Numbered from the stretch's first letter, positions 1 through 9,210 are shown. The stretch: DNA of 64,000 bases from an uncultured Lachnospiraceae bacterium (GCA_902796595.1 CADBPM010000073.1:15852-79851), one strand, 5' to 3'. A program made the numbers and translations. The notes: a model not told the origin generated them from the sequence alone.

Positions 1-378
1 CATGATGAGGTTACAGATGAGATCTGTCCTAACTGCGGAAGAAATCTTGTGGTCAAGTATGGTCCTCATGGAAAGTTCCTCGCCTGTCCGGGCTTTCCTG
101 AGTGCAAATTTACGATGCCATATCTTGAGAAGACAGGGATAAAGTGTCCTAAATGCGGAGCTGAGGTTGTTATAAGAAAGACACAGAAGGGCAGAAAGTT
201 CTATGGCTGTGAAAAATATCCGGACTGCGATTTTACAAGCTGGCAGAAGCCTTCAAATAAGAGATGCCCTAAATGCGGGAATGTTATGGTTGAAAAGGGA
301 AAAAATCTTGTGTGCATAGACAAGGAATGTAATACAATCATTCCTATCGAGGAAGGTGAAAAGGACAGTAAGGAATAA
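1..378 (+). CDS. topA: DNA topoisomerase I, C-terminal zinc-ribbon region (5' end outside window)
   Basis: Frame 1 is open from the window edge. It has repeated CxxC...CxxxxC zinc-ribbon units (CPNCG..CPGFPEC, CPKCG..CEKYPDC, CPKCG..CIDKEC), typical of the type IA Topo I C-terminus. topA lies upstream of codY in Bacillus-type synteny. Confidence 0.8.
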   Translation, partial: HDEVTDEICPNCGRNLVVKYGPHGKFLACPGFPECKFTMPYLEKTGIKCPKCGAEVVIRKTQKGRKFYGCEKYPDCDFTSWQKPSNKRCPKCGNVMVEKGKNLVCIDKECNTIIPIEEGEKDSKE

Positions 379-403
379 AGAACTAAGTACTCCTTTTTCT
401 GGT

Positions 404-418
404 AGTTTTCTGAAAACT
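404..418. promoter_or_regulatory. CodY-box-like palindrome AGTTTTCTGAAAACT
   Basis: Perfect 7-1-7 palindrome with 13/15 matches to the Firmicute CodY consensus AATTTTCWGAAAATT, in the topA-codY intergenic region. Confidence 0.45.
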
Positions 419-463
419 TTATACAAAAATTTTAAGTATTTATATGAACTAACTAAGAATAAT

Positions 464-481
464 TAGAAAATTTAGAAAATT
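464..481. repeat. tandem duplication TAGAAAATT x2 (second, weaker CodY-box-like site at 467-481)
   Basis: Exact 9-bp tandem repeat. The 15-mer AAAATTTAGAAAATT matches 12/15 of the CodY consensus, with a perfect right half. Confidence 0.35.
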
Positions 482-494
482 CCTTCAAATTCAC

Positions 495-524
495 TTGCAG
501 TTAATAGCAATTTTGTGGTATATT
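495..524 (+). promoter_or_regulatory. candidate sigma-A promoter of codY
   Basis: TTGCAG (495-500), an 18-nt spacer, then TGg-TATATT (extended -10, 516-524), ~37 nt before the codY ATG. Confidence 0.35.
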
Positions 525-560
525 TTTAAATATACCAAAATTGTTTGTGGAGGTGCGGGA

Positions 561-1334
561 ATGAGTGTTCAGCTGCTTGATAAAACCAGAAAGATCGGAA
601 AACTGCTGCACAATAATAATTCGCATATGGTCGTATTCAACGATATCTGCGAAGTTTTGAGCGAAATACTTGAATCAAATATTCTTGTCATCAGCCATAA
701 AGGAAAGATACTTGGTATCAAGGACAGAGAAGGAATCACAGCATTAAGCGGGCTTATTGGAAGTGAAGTCGGCAGTCATACCGACCCGGATCTTAATGAG
801 CGCATGCTGAATGTTCTTTCTACCAAAGAGAATGTTAATCTTCTTACCTTGGGCTTTGAATTTGACGGCGTAGAGAAATATAAGGCGATCATCTGTCCTA
901 TAGAAATCGCAGGTGAAAGGCTTGGTACCTTGTTTATCTACAAAGAAGATTCAGATTATTCAATCGATGATATAATACTTTCTGAATATGGAACTACAGT
1001 TGTAGGTCTTGAAATGATGAGGTCTGTCAACGAGGAGAATGCCGAGGAGAGCAGAAAGGTTCAGGTGGTCAGAAGTGCGATAAGTACACTGTCATTCTCA
1101 GAGCTTGAAGCAATCACCTGTATTTTTAAGGAATTAAAGGGGAATGAAGGAATCCTTGTTGCTAGCAAGATTGCAGACAGAGTCGGAATCACAAGGTCTG
1201 TGATAGTAAATGCGCTAAGGAAATTTGAAAGTGCCGGTGTCATAGAATCAAGAAGCTCCGGCATGAAGGGAACCTATATAAAGGTTCTTAATGATGTTGT
1301 TTTTGAAGAACTTGCAAAGGTCAACAACAAGTAG
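561..1334 (+). CDS. codY: GTP/BCAA-sensing pleiotropic repressor CodY
   Basis: MSVQLLDKTRKIGKLL N-terminus, GAF-like body and C-terminal wHTH ASKIADRVGITRSVIVNALRKFESAGVIESRS. GGAGG RBS at 549-553 sits 7 nt before ATG 561. The ORF-track start at 495 is an upstream in-frame TTG. Confidence 0.9.
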   Translation: MSVQLLDKTRKIGKLLHNNNSHMVVFNDICEVLSEILESNILVISHKGKILGIKDREGITALSGLIGSEVGSHTDPDLNERMLNVLSTKENVNLLTLGFEFDGVEKYKAIICPIEIAGERLGTLFIYKEDSDYSIDDIILSEYGTTVVGLEMMRSVNEENAEESRKVQVVRSAISTLSFSELEAITCIFKELKGNEGILVASKIADRVGITRSVIVNALRKFESAGVIESRSSGMKGTYIKVLNDVVFEELAKVNNK

Positions 1335-1374
1335 ACAAACGAAGATATTTTTGAGTATTTCCCGATAAATCGGG

Positions 1375-1413
1375 CCCTGCCATCGAATATGGTGGCAGGG
1401 TTTTTGTTTTTTT
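1375..1413 (+). terminator. rho-independent terminator after codY
   Basis: CCCTGCCA (1375-1382) pairs with TGGCAGGG (1393-1400), followed by TTTTTGTTTTTTT. Confidence 0.8.
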
Positions 1414-1458
1414 ATAAAAAAAATACTATTTAAACCTAAAGGTTTCTTAATAAAGACC

Positions 1459-1487
1459 TTGTTTTTTGTTCCTTAAATAAGTATAAT
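1459..1487 (+). promoter_or_regulatory. candidate sigma-A promoter of the flgB operon
   Basis: TTGTTT (1459-1464), a 17-nt spacer, then TATAAT (1482-1487), ~40 nt before flgB. An AAACCT-AA-AGGTTT inverted repeat lies just upstream at 1432-1445. Confidence 0.45.
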
Positions 1488-1528
1488 GTAGTGGACATAA
1501 GTTTGATAAGATGAGAAAGGGGTATTGT

Positions 1529-1927
1529 ATGATCGCTTCAGATGCTTACAATTATGTTAATGTGTTAAGCAGCGCTGCTGACGCAAGCTGGGCGCGCAAC
1601 AACGTTATCTCCAATAATATTGCGAATGTTGATACTCCAGGCTATAAGCGTAAGGACATTCAGTTTGAATCCTACCTTGCTATGGAACTTATAAGGGGAG
1701 GAAGCCTAAGTCACAGAGTTGCCAATGTGAACCTCAATCAGGTCAGACCTGTAATGTATACAGATCACGCTGCGCTAAGCTATAGGATGGATGGCAACAA
1801 CGTTGATATAAATACAGAAAACACATACCTTGCTGAAAATCAGATAAGGTACTATACCTTAATGAATACAATGTCTCAGGAGTTTTCGAGACTTAAGACC
1901 GCGATGACTACACCTAACGGTGGCTGA
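1529..1927 (+). CDS. flgB: flagellar basal-body rod protein FlgB
   Basis: Rod-family N-motif NNIANVDTPGYKRKD. It is the first gene of the canonical flgB-flgC-fliE order. An AGGGG RBS favours ATG 1529, although the ORF is open from ATG 1511. Confidence 0.85.
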   Translation: MIASDAYNYVNVLSSAADASWARNNVISNNIANVDTPGYKRKDIQFESYLAMELIRGGSLSHRVANVNLNQVRPVMYTDHAALSYRMDGNNVDINTENTYLAENQIRYYTLMNTMSQEFSRLKTAMTTPNGG

Positions 1928-1941
1928 TAAAGGAGAAAAGT

Positions 1942-2382
1942 ATGTCAGTTTTTGGAGCAATGGACATAAGTGCGTCTGGTATGACAGCGCAGCAGTTGCG
2001 TAATGATATAATCGCGCAGAATATAGCAAATGTTAATACAACGCGTGATGAAAACGGTCATGTTTATCGCAGAAGAAATGTTGTATTCAATGAAAAGGAT
2101 GTAACAGGCTTTTCACAGATACTTCTTCATCAGGCAGGAACTTTCGGAAATGGTGTCAAGGTTTCAAAAATATATCAGGATACCGAGAGTCCTACCAAGA
2201 TGGTCTATGATCCTTCGCATCCGGATGCTAATGAGGACGGCTACGTTGAATATCCTAATGTCAATACTGTTCAGGAAATGACGGATATGATCGATGCGAG
2301 CAGGGCTTATGAGGCTAATATCACGTCATTTAATGCCACAAAGAATATGCTCCTTAGAGCGCTCGATTTAGGCAACAGGTAG
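1942..2382 (+). CDS. flgC: flagellar basal-body rod protein FlgC
   Basis: N-terminal ISASGMTAQQLRNDIIAQNIANVNTT and C-terminal NVNTVQEMTDMIDASRAYEANI motifs typical of FlgC, plus its position. Confidence 0.9.
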   Translation: MSVFGAMDISASGMTAQQLRNDIIAQNIANVNTTRDENGHVYRRRNVVFNEKDVTGFSQILLHQAGTFGNGVKVSKIYQDTESPTKMVYDPSHPDANEDGYVEYPNVNTVQEMTDMIDASRAYEANITSFNATKNMLLRALDLGNR

Positions 2383-2442
2383 TCTAAGAATATAATGATT
2401 ATCTGAGAAGGCTGATAAGTAAACGATGAGAGGATAAGATAC

Positions 2443-2760
2443 ATGGATATAGCTGCAATAAAGAGCTTTGACGCTCTGAAATACGTTAATAATGTTCAGA
2501 ATGAATCCGGAGTTATTAAAAGTCAGGGACAGGCTAGTTTTGACGGTTTTCTTAAGTCGGCGATCGATATGATCGATAAGACTAATCAGCTTTCAAATGC
2601 TGCTCAGGCAGAAGAGATAAATTATTCCCTGGGATATACGGACAATTTGCATGATGTCATGGCGGCACAGCAAAAGGCCAATCTTTCGCTGCAGTATGTG
2701 GTCAATATAAGAAATACAGCGATGGCAGCCTATCGTGAGATAATGAGCATGCAATTCTAA
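2443..2760 (+). CDS. fliE: flagellar hook-basal body complex protein FliE
   Basis: 105 aa with a conserved C-terminal helix (HDVMAAQQKANLSLQYVVNIRNTAMAAYREIMSMQF). It sits between flgC and fliF. Confidence 0.85.
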   Translation: MDIAAIKSFDALKYVNNVQNESGVIKSQGQASFDGFLKSAIDMIDKTNQLSNAAQAEEINYSLGYTDNLHDVMAAQQKANLSLQYVVNIRNTAMAAYREIMSMQF

Positions 2761-2779
2761 AAAAATGGGGTGCACTGCC

Positions 2780-2938
2780 ATGCAGGGTACTCCACTTTAT
2801 TGGTTTATGGACGGCGAAAAATGTCCGATTTTTAGTTCTGATCAAAGTGCATCTGGTTCTGCCGGATGTTACATTCTGCCGGTTAACGCGAGAGCGTTTG
2901 ATAATGGCGGGATAGTTCTTATATATGCAAAGTCCTGA
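2780..2938 (+). CDS. possible short ORF (52 codons, or 57 from ATG 2765) in the fliE-fliF gap; speculative
   Basis: Hand translation gives MQGTPLYWFMDGEKCPIFSSDQSASGSAGCYILPVNARAFDNGGIVLIYAKS, which is below the ORF-track size cutoff. There is only a weak GGGGTG SD-like element upstream and I recognise no family. Confidence 0.15.
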   Translation: MQGTPLYWFMDGEKCPIFSSDQSASGSAGCYILPVNARAFDNGGIVLIYAKS

Positions 2939-2958
2939 AACAGGGGAGATATTGATAA

Positions 2959-4566
2959 ATGAATGCAATTTTGGAAAAACTGAAGCAGTTTCCTGCTAAA
3001 TTTCTGGAGTGGTGGAACAAATACACCATGGTTCAGAAAATTGCAATGACTGCTGTTACAGTTGGGGTTTTTCTTTCTATAATAATTGCCTCTTATGTGG
3101 TGAGCAGACCTAAAATGGTCACGCTTATAACTACAGAGACAGTGTCGGATATGAAAAAAGCCACTACGGCAATGGAGGACGCGAATATCAAGTATAAGCT
3201 TGACAGAGACGACCTCACAATGCTTGTGGATGATAAAGATTACTCGAAAGCACTTCTTGCACTGGCGGAAAATAACATACCGTCTATTGGCATGACTATG
3301 GACGAACTGTTTAATAACAGTTTTTCAACTACCGAAAGCGAGAAGAAACTTAAAGCGAATATATATAAGCAGGATTGGCTGAGACAGGCACTTAATAAGA
3401 TGGACAACATAGAAGACTCCGTTGTTTCCATCACAGCACCTACTACCGGCAATACGCTTTTTGAAGATACACAGGAAACGTCGGTAAGTGTTATTTTAAC
3501 AACAACGCCGGAATTTCAGAAGAATTCAGCGAAGGCTATAGCAAATATGCTTGCCGGAGCAGTTGGAAATAAGACTACAAAGTCTATTACAGTAGCCGAT
3601 CAGTCGGGAAATTTACTTTTCAGTGGTGCGGATAGCGATCTTGCCTCCCAGAGCATCACCAGTATCAATGATTATGAGCTGAAAGTTACGACTGAAAAGA
3701 AAGACGAGCTTTATAAGTATCTTGTCGGCATGCCGGACTATGACGACGCCAAGATAGCCACCAATTTCAAATTCGATATGGACAAGATTACAGACGTCTA
3801 TACCGAATACACAGTTGCGGAAGGCAGAGAAGAGGGCTACAAGAGTCACGACTACACATATACATCCGAAAATACAGCAGGAACAGGCGGCACACCTGGA
3901 ACTGATGCGAATGACGAGACAGATTATCAGATCCAGACATCCGGCAATACCGGCGGAACAGTGAATATTGCTGAAAATGATTATACGCCGAATCAGAGGA
4001 TAACAAATACAGAAAAAGCTATGGGTACTCTCAAAAACGATGAGTCCTCTATAGCGATAAATCTTATTGATTATGTAACTTACAACGAAGATACAATGAA
4101 GAAGAACGGCCAGCTTGAAGGTACCGATTTTGATACCTTCATGCTGCAGAATGCTTCTCCAACTGCGATTACTGTATCGGAAGACGTACTTAATTCGATA
4201 TCTAATGCAACAGGACTTGCAACAGACAGGATTTCAGTGCTTGCATGGCAGGTACCAGTGTTCCAGCCAAGTATATCTGGCGGACTTACACCGTCTATGA
4301 TACTTATGCTTGTTCTTGCGGTACTTATTGTGGCGCTTCTTATCTTTGTTATATTTAAGGGCATTGCTCCTGTGGAAGTTACAGAAGTGGAACCAGAGCT
4401 TTCTGTCGAACAGCTTCTTGCTACGACTAAGGAAAATCAGTCGCTTGATGATATTGAGTTCTCTGAGAAGTCTGAGACCAGAAAGATGATCGACAAGTTC
4501 GTAGACGAAAATCCAGAGGCGGTTGCTCAGCTCTTGCGTAACTGGCTGAATGATGAATTTGATTGA
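2959..4566 (+). CDS. fliF: flagellar MS-ring protein FliF
   Basis: 535 aa with an N-proximal TM (VTVGVFLSIIIASYVV), a C-proximal TM (MILMLVLAVLIVALLIFVIF) and an acidic FliG-binding tail. Position and size fit FliF. Confidence 0.9.
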   Translation: MNAILEKLKQFPAKFLEWWNKYTMVQKIAMTAVTVGVFLSIIIASYVVSRPKMVTLITTETVSDMKKATTAMEDANIKYKLDRDDLTMLVDDKDYSKALLALAENNIPSIGMTMDELFNNSFSTTESEKKLKANIYKQDWLRQALNKMDNIEDSVVSITAPTTGNTLFEDTQETSVSVILTTTPEFQKNSAKAIANMLAGAVGNKTTKSITVADQSGNLLFSGADSDLASQSITSINDYELKVTTEKKDELYKYLVGMPDYDDAKIATNFKFDMDKITDVYTEYTVAEGREEGYKSHDYTYTSENTAGTGGTPGTDANDETDYQIQTSGNTGGTVNIAENDYTPNQRITNTEKAMGTLKNDESSIAINLIDYVTYNEDTMKKNGQLEGTDFDTFMLQNASPTAITVSEDVLNSISNATGLATDRISVLAWQVPVFQPSISGGLTPSMILMLVLAVLIVALLIFVIFKGIAPVEVTEVEPELSVEQLLATTKENQSLDDIEFSEKSETRKMIDKFVDENPEAVAQLLRNWLNDEFD

Positions 4567-4586
4567 TAAATGATAGAGGTATAAAA

Positions 4587-5603
4587 TTGGCTGAGAAATC
4601 ATATTCAGAGTATACAGGTGTCGAGAAGGCGGCTATCCTTATGATAGCACTCGGTCCTGAAAAGTCTTCCAATATTTTTAAGCACCTTAAGGATGAGGAA
4701 ATAGAGGAACTTACTCTTGAAATCGCGAATACAAGAAGTGTACCGCCGGATATAAAAGATCAGGTTCTCGATGAATTTTATGAGATCTGTCTTGCCCAGC
4801 AGTATATTTCCGAGGGCGGTATCGCTTATGCCAAAGATCTTCTTGAAAAGGCACTTGGAAGTGACAAGGCACAAAGTGTTATCGGAAAACTTACCGCTTC
4901 CCTGCAGGTTCGTCCTTTCGAATTTGTAAGAAAGGCAGATGCGTCTCAGCTCTTGTCCTTTATTCAGGACGAGCATCCGCAGACGATTGCCCTTATTCTT
5001 TCGTATCTGCCTACCTCACAGTCGGCGCAGGTTATTTCATCACTTCCGCCTGACAAGCAGGCGGATGTTGCAAAGCGTATTGCAACAATGGACAGAACCT
5101 CACCTGATGTCATCAAGGAGGTTGAGGAAGTATTGGAGAAGAAACTTAATTCTCTTGTTAATCAGGATTACACGATTGTCGGTGGTGTTGATTCTATTGT
5201 TGAAATCCTCAACACAGTTGACCGTGGTACTGAAAAGCATATCATGGAGACATTGGAAATTGAGGAGCCGGAACTTGCGGACGAGATCAGAAGAAAGATG
5301 TTTGTATTCGAAGATATCGTTACTCTCGACAACAAGTCTATCCAGCGTGTATTGCGAGATGTCGACAACAACGACCTTGCTGTTGCGCTTAAGAACTGCA
5401 ACGAAGATGTACAGAACTGTATTTTCAACAACCTTTCAAAGCGTCTTGCAAGTATGATCAGAGAAGACATGGAATTCATGGGACCTGTTCGTCTGAAGGA
5501 CGTAGAAGAGGCACAGCAGAAGATAGTAAACATAATCAGAAAGCTCGAAGATTCTGCGGAAATTATTATTTCTCGTGGAGGAGGAGACGAGATAGTTGTC
5601 TAA
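4587..5603 (+). CDS. fliG: flagellar motor switch protein FliG
   Basis: EKAAILMIALGPEKSS N-domain and a C-terminal torque-helix region. GAGG RBS lies 7 nt before TTG 4587. The ORF is open from TTG 4563, overlapping the fliF stop. Confidence 0.9.
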   Translation: MAEKSYSEYTGVEKAAILMIALGPEKSSNIFKHLKDEEIEELTLEIANTRSVPPDIKDQVLDEFYEICLAQQYISEGGIAYAKDLLEKALGSDKAQSVIGKLTASLQVRPFEFVRKADASQLLSFIQDEHPQTIALILSYLPTSQSAQVISSLPPDKQADVAKRIATMDRTSPDVIKEVEEVLEKKLNSLVNQDYTIVGGVDSIVEILNTVDRGTEKHIMETLEIEEPELADEIRRKMFVFEDIVTLDNKSIQRVLRDVDNNDLAVALKNCNEDVQNCIFNNLSKRLASMIREDMEFMGPVRLKDVEEAQQKIVNIIRKLEDSAEIIISRGGGDEIVV

Positions 5604-6528
5604 TATTATTAAGGGGCACAGAGCTGTCCCGGAGGAAAAGGGTCTTATTATCGATTCTAACAGCAGAGTCAATGAAGTTTTCAAGGAGCTCTGGGAAAAG
5701 AAAAGACTTGAAGACGCAGTTAACGAAGATGATGGTTCGGGATTTGTTCCAGGTCTGATTGCCCCTGAACTTACAGGATCGTCGGACGACGAAGACTATT
5801 TTGACGGGTATGAAGATGAAGAAAATGAACAGCCGGAAGAAGCAGTTAAGACGGATATAGACAGAATCTATGCAAAGGTGGACAGAATGCTCAGCCGTGA
5901 GGAAACGGCACTTTTAAAAGCGGATCTTCATCAGAAAAGTGAAGAGCTTATGGAAAGGGCTAGGGTGAACAGTGAGCGTATCCTTGTTGATGCTGCAGCG
6001 GAAGCTGATGCCAACAAGGAAAGAGTCTACTCTGAGGCAAGGGATGCTGCTTATGCCGAGGCAAGTGAAAGGGCAGAGGCAGAGTATCAGGAAAAAGTAG
6101 AAACCCTTGAAGCTGAGCATGATTCAAAGATGGCTGAATTACAGAGAAAGATAGATGAGCTTGAGCCACAGTTTGCGAAATTGGTCATAAGATATGTTGA
6201 AAAGCTCACAGGTATTCTTTCAGCCGAAGACTATGAGACAGTTATATATCATTCAATCGATCAGGCTATAAATGATACGAGCCCAAGTAAATATTATAAG
6301 ATCCATGTTCCGAAGGAACAGTTTAATTACATGGAGGAGCACCAGCCTGATTTAAAGGCTTCTATCGGGCAGGCAGCGGAGGTTGAAATATTAGCCGACC
6401 CTACCATGAAAGTAAATCAGTGCTCTATAGAGACAGATAAGTGTGTAATAGACTGTTCTCTCGAAACGAGGTTAAATAAGCTAACCAATTCACTTAGGCT
6501 GCTTTCAGAGAACAGAGAAGTAAGATAG
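5596..6528 (+). CDS. fliH: flagellar assembly protein FliH (export ATPase regulator)
   Basis: Acidic N-region and coiled coil (ERAEAEYQEKVETLEAEHDSKMAELQRKIDE). It lies directly upstream of fliI, has a GGAGGAGGAG RBS and overlaps fliG by 8 nt. The call is mainly positional and architectural. Confidence 0.7.
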   Translation: MSNIIKGHRAVPEEKGLIIDSNSRVNEVFKELWEKKRLEDAVNEDDGSGFVPGLIAPELTGSSDDEDYFDGYEDEENEQPEEAVKTDIDRIYAKVDRMLSREETALLKADLHQKSEELMERARVNSERILVDAAAEADANKERVYSEARDAAYAEASERAEAEYQEKVETLEAEHDSKMAELQRKIDELEPQFAKLVIRYVEKLTGILSAEDYETVIYHSIDQAINDTSPSKYYKIHVPKEQFNYMEEHQPDLKASIGQAAEVEILADPTMKVNQCSIETDKCVIDCSLETRLNKLTNSLRLLSENREVR

Positions 6529-6552
6529 AATATAAAAAGGAGGACTGGAGAT

Positions 6553-7866
6553 ATGGATTTTGATAAATATACCGCCCTTCTTGATGAACCGCTTGAAAAA
6601 GATTATGGAAGGGTAATGAAGCTTATTGGTCTTACCATAGAGTCTCTTGGACCTTCTGCAAATCTGAATGACCTTTGTATCATATATCCGCAAGGTAGTA
6701 AAGACCATGGCATTTATGCTGAGGTTGTAGGCTTCAGGGATGACAGGATACTCCTCATGCCTTACGGAAGTGTTGAAGGCGTAGGAGTCGGGAGCCTCGT
6801 AGAATGCACAGGGGCTCCTTTTCATGTTCATGTAGGGTATGAGATGTTGGGTCTTGCGGTAGATGGTCTGGGGCAGCCTATTGACAAGACTAAGAAGTAC
6901 AAGGTTGAAGCAGACTATTCTGTTGAGGCTATGCCCCCTGACCCGCTTTCAAGAAAAATAATAGACGAAGTTCTTCCATTGGGGGTCAAGGCTGTAGATG
7001 GCCTTTTAACCATCGGCAAGGGCCAGCGTATCGGAATTTTTGCGGGTTCCGGTGTCGGAAAAAGTACTCTAATGGGGATGTTTGCAAGAAATACCAAAGC
7101 GGATATAAATGTGATCGCTCTTATTGGAGAGCGTGGCAGGGAAGTAAGAGAATTTATAGAACGTGACCTTGGTGAAGAAGGTATGGCAAGATCGATAGTG
7201 GTTGTGGCAACCAGCGATCAGCCTGCACTTATAAGAAAGAAGGCAGCCAAGACCGCGACTGCCATAGCAGAGTTCTTCAGAGACAGAGGCGAGGATGTCC
7301 TTCTTATGATGGATTCACTTACACGTTTCTCCATGGCACAGCGTGAGATAGGCCTTGCTTCGGGTGAGCCTCCTGTTACAAGAGGATATCCACCGAGTGT
7401 TTATTCGGAAATGCCAAAGCTCCTTGAAAGGGCAGGAAATGCGGCAGAGGGTTCGATTACAGGTATTTATACTGTTCTTGTTGATGGTGATGATATGAAC
7501 GAACCGATCGCAGATACTGCGAGAGGTATACTTGACGGACATATAGTCCTGTCAAGGTCGCTTGCCCAAAAGAACCATTATCCGGCAATAGATGTGTTGC
7601 AGAGCATTTCAAGATGTATGTCGCAGATTGCCGATAAACCGCATAAGAGTGCGGCAGGTGTGCTTAAAAATGTCATGGCGACATATAACGAGGCTGAAGA
7701 CCTTATCAATATCGGCGCCTATAAGAAGGGGTCAAACCCGGATATAGATTTTGCAATAAACAATATAAAGGCTGTTAATCAGTACCTTATGCAAGGAACA
7801 GATGAAAAGGTTTCTTTTGAAGATGAAGTGGAGCAGCTTAAAGCTATGTTTCCGCCTGAGGCATGA
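6553..7866 (+). CDS. fliI: flagellum-specific export ATPase FliI
   Basis: Walker A GSGVGKST, Walker B VLLMMDSLTR and F1/T3SS ATPase family features throughout. Confidence 0.95.
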   Translation: MDFDKYTALLDEPLEKDYGRVMKLIGLTIESLGPSANLNDLCIIYPQGSKDHGIYAEVVGFRDDRILLMPYGSVEGVGVGSLVECTGAPFHVHVGYEMLGLAVDGLGQPIDKTKKYKVEADYSVEAMPPDPLSRKIIDEVLPLGVKAVDGLLTIGKGQRIGIFAGSGVGKSTLMGMFARNTKADINVIALIGERGREVREFIERDLGEEGMARSIVVVATSDQPALIRKKAAKTATAIAEFFRDRGEDVLLMMDSLTRFSMAQREIGLASGEPPVTRGYPPSVYSEMPKLLERAGNAAEGSITGIYTVLVDGDDMNEPIADTARGILDGHIVLSRSLAQKNHYPAIDVLQSISRCMSQIADKPHKSAAGVLKNVMATYNEAEDLINIGAYKKGSNPDIDFAINNIKAVNQYLMQGTDEKVSFEDEVEQLKAMFPPEA

Positions 7867-7890
7867 TACAAAAGCTAAAGGAGTAGTACT

Positions 7891-8367
7891 TTGGCGAAGT
7901 TTAAATACAGGATGCAGAATATCCTGAATCTCAAGTATAAGCTTGAGGAACAGCAAAAGATTGCCCTTGGCAATGCCAGAGCAAGGCTTAATGAAGAGGA
8001 AGAAAAACTTGAGACTCTCTATATGACTAAGGCATCTTATGCCAGAGCACTCACGGATATTGTGTCCGGAAAGCTTGACTTTTCTAGAATAAAGCTTTAT
8101 CGTGAAGCCTATGTGAATATAGATATACTCATTGAGGAGCAAAAAAGTGAAGTTGCGTACTGCGAAAAACTGGTGGATGAAGAAACAGCTAAAATGAATG
8201 AAGCCATGCAGCAGCGAAAAATTCACGAAAAACTCAGAGAAAAGGCTTTTAAAAGATTTCTTGATGAGGTTGCTTACGAGGAAAATCAGATGGTTGATGA
8301 ACTTGTTGCGTATCAGTATGGTGTACAGGGGAGTAATTCAACTGATGAAAGGAGTACAGATAGTTAA
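7891..8367 (+). CDS. fliJ: flagellar export chaperone-like protein FliJ
   Basis: 158-aa all-helical coiled coil (MAKFKYRMQNILNLKYKLEEQQKIALGNARARL) immediately after fliI, with a TTG start. Confidence 0.75.
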   Translation: MAKFKYRMQNILNLKYKLEEQQKIALGNARARLNEEEEKLETLYMTKASYARALTDIVSGKLDFSRIKLYREAYVNIDILIEEQKSEVAYCEKLVDEETAKMNEAMQQRKIHEKLREKAFKRFLDEVAYEENQMVDELVAYQYGVQGSNSTDERSTDS

Positions 8368-9197
8368 TGGCAGATAACGCAATGACAGCAGGCGAGATTC
8401 CTGCTGATGAAGAAACCAAGAAAAGAATGAAGAAGGATAAGGGTGCTGCCAAAGAAGAGGATGATGAGGGCCTCGGCAGTAAGATTTTATCTTTTATCAT
8501 TATTTTAGCCATAATAGTTATTTGGCTTGCCATTTTTGGGCTTCTTATAAAGTACGATGTAGGAGGTTTTGGCTCCACCGTTCTTAGACCTGTGCTTAAA
8601 GATGTGCCGGTGGTAAATAGGATTCTTCCTGAGGTGTCTGATGAGACAACAGCCGCAGAAAATAGTTACCCTTACAATAACCTCTCAGAGGCGATGGAAA
8701 GGATAAATGAACTTGAAACTGAGCTTGCGGCTGCAAAGGGTACCAATACGTCCAATGCAAATTACGTTGCGGGACTTGAAAAGGAAATTCAGCGTCTTAA
8801 AACATTTGAGCAGAATCAGCTTGCTTTTGAAGCTGAAAAGGATGCTTTCGACAGAGATGTTGTTTTTAATGATAAGGCTCCGGACATAGAAGAGTATAAA
8901 AAATTCTATGAATCAATTGATCCTGATAATGCGGCGGAACTTTATAAAGAAGTTATAGAACAGCTTCAGGCAACAGAGCAGATAAAGAAGCAGGCAGAAA
9001 TGTTTGCGGCAATGAAGCCGGCAAATGCAGCTGCTATATTTAATGGTATGACAGGAGACTTGGACCTTGTTACCCAGATATTAGAGACTATGGACTCGAA
9101 AAAAGCTGCCCTTATCCTTGCGGCAATGGATACAAATATGGCAGAAAAAGTGACAAAGAAAATGTCGCTTGATGCCAATAGTATTTTACAACAATAA
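8367..9197 (+). CDS. membrane-anchored coiled-coil protein with MgtE-N-like C-terminal domain (B. subtilis YlxF / MotE-FlbB-like)
   Basis: One TM (ILSFIIILAIIVIWLAIFGLLI), a central coiled coil, and a C-terminus (AAMKPANAAAIFNGMTGDLDLVTQILETMDSKKAALILAAMD) resembling the MgtE intracellular N-domain. It occupies the ylxF position between fliJ and fliK. Confidence 0.6.
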   Translation: MADNAMTAGEIPADEETKKRMKKDKGAAKEEDDEGLGSKILSFIIILAIIVIWLAIFGLLIKYDVGGFGSTVLRPVLKDVPVVNRILPEVSDETTAAENSYPYNNLSEAMERINELETELAAAKGTNTSNANYVAGLEKEIQRLKTFEQNQLAFEAEKDAFDRDVVFNDKAPDIEEYKKFYESIDPDNAAELYKEVIEQLQATEQIKKQAEMFAAMKPANAAAIFNGMTGDLDLVTQILETMDSKKAALILAAMDTNMAEKVTKKMSLDANSILQQ

Positions 9198-9210
9198 TCG
9201 TACAAGTATC

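Noticed and set aside
495-560. N-terminal extension of codY in the ORF track (start 495)
   Set aside because: The GGAGG RBS is positioned for ATG 561, and the CodY family N-terminus begins MSVQLLDKTRKI. The extension overlaps the candidate promoter.
1345-1359. CodY-box-like ATATTTTTGAGTATT between codY and flgB
   Set aside because: It has only 10/15 matches to the consensus in AT-rich DNA, which is indistinguishable from background by eye. B. subtilis CodY does regulate fla/che, so a proper PWM scan is still worthwhile.
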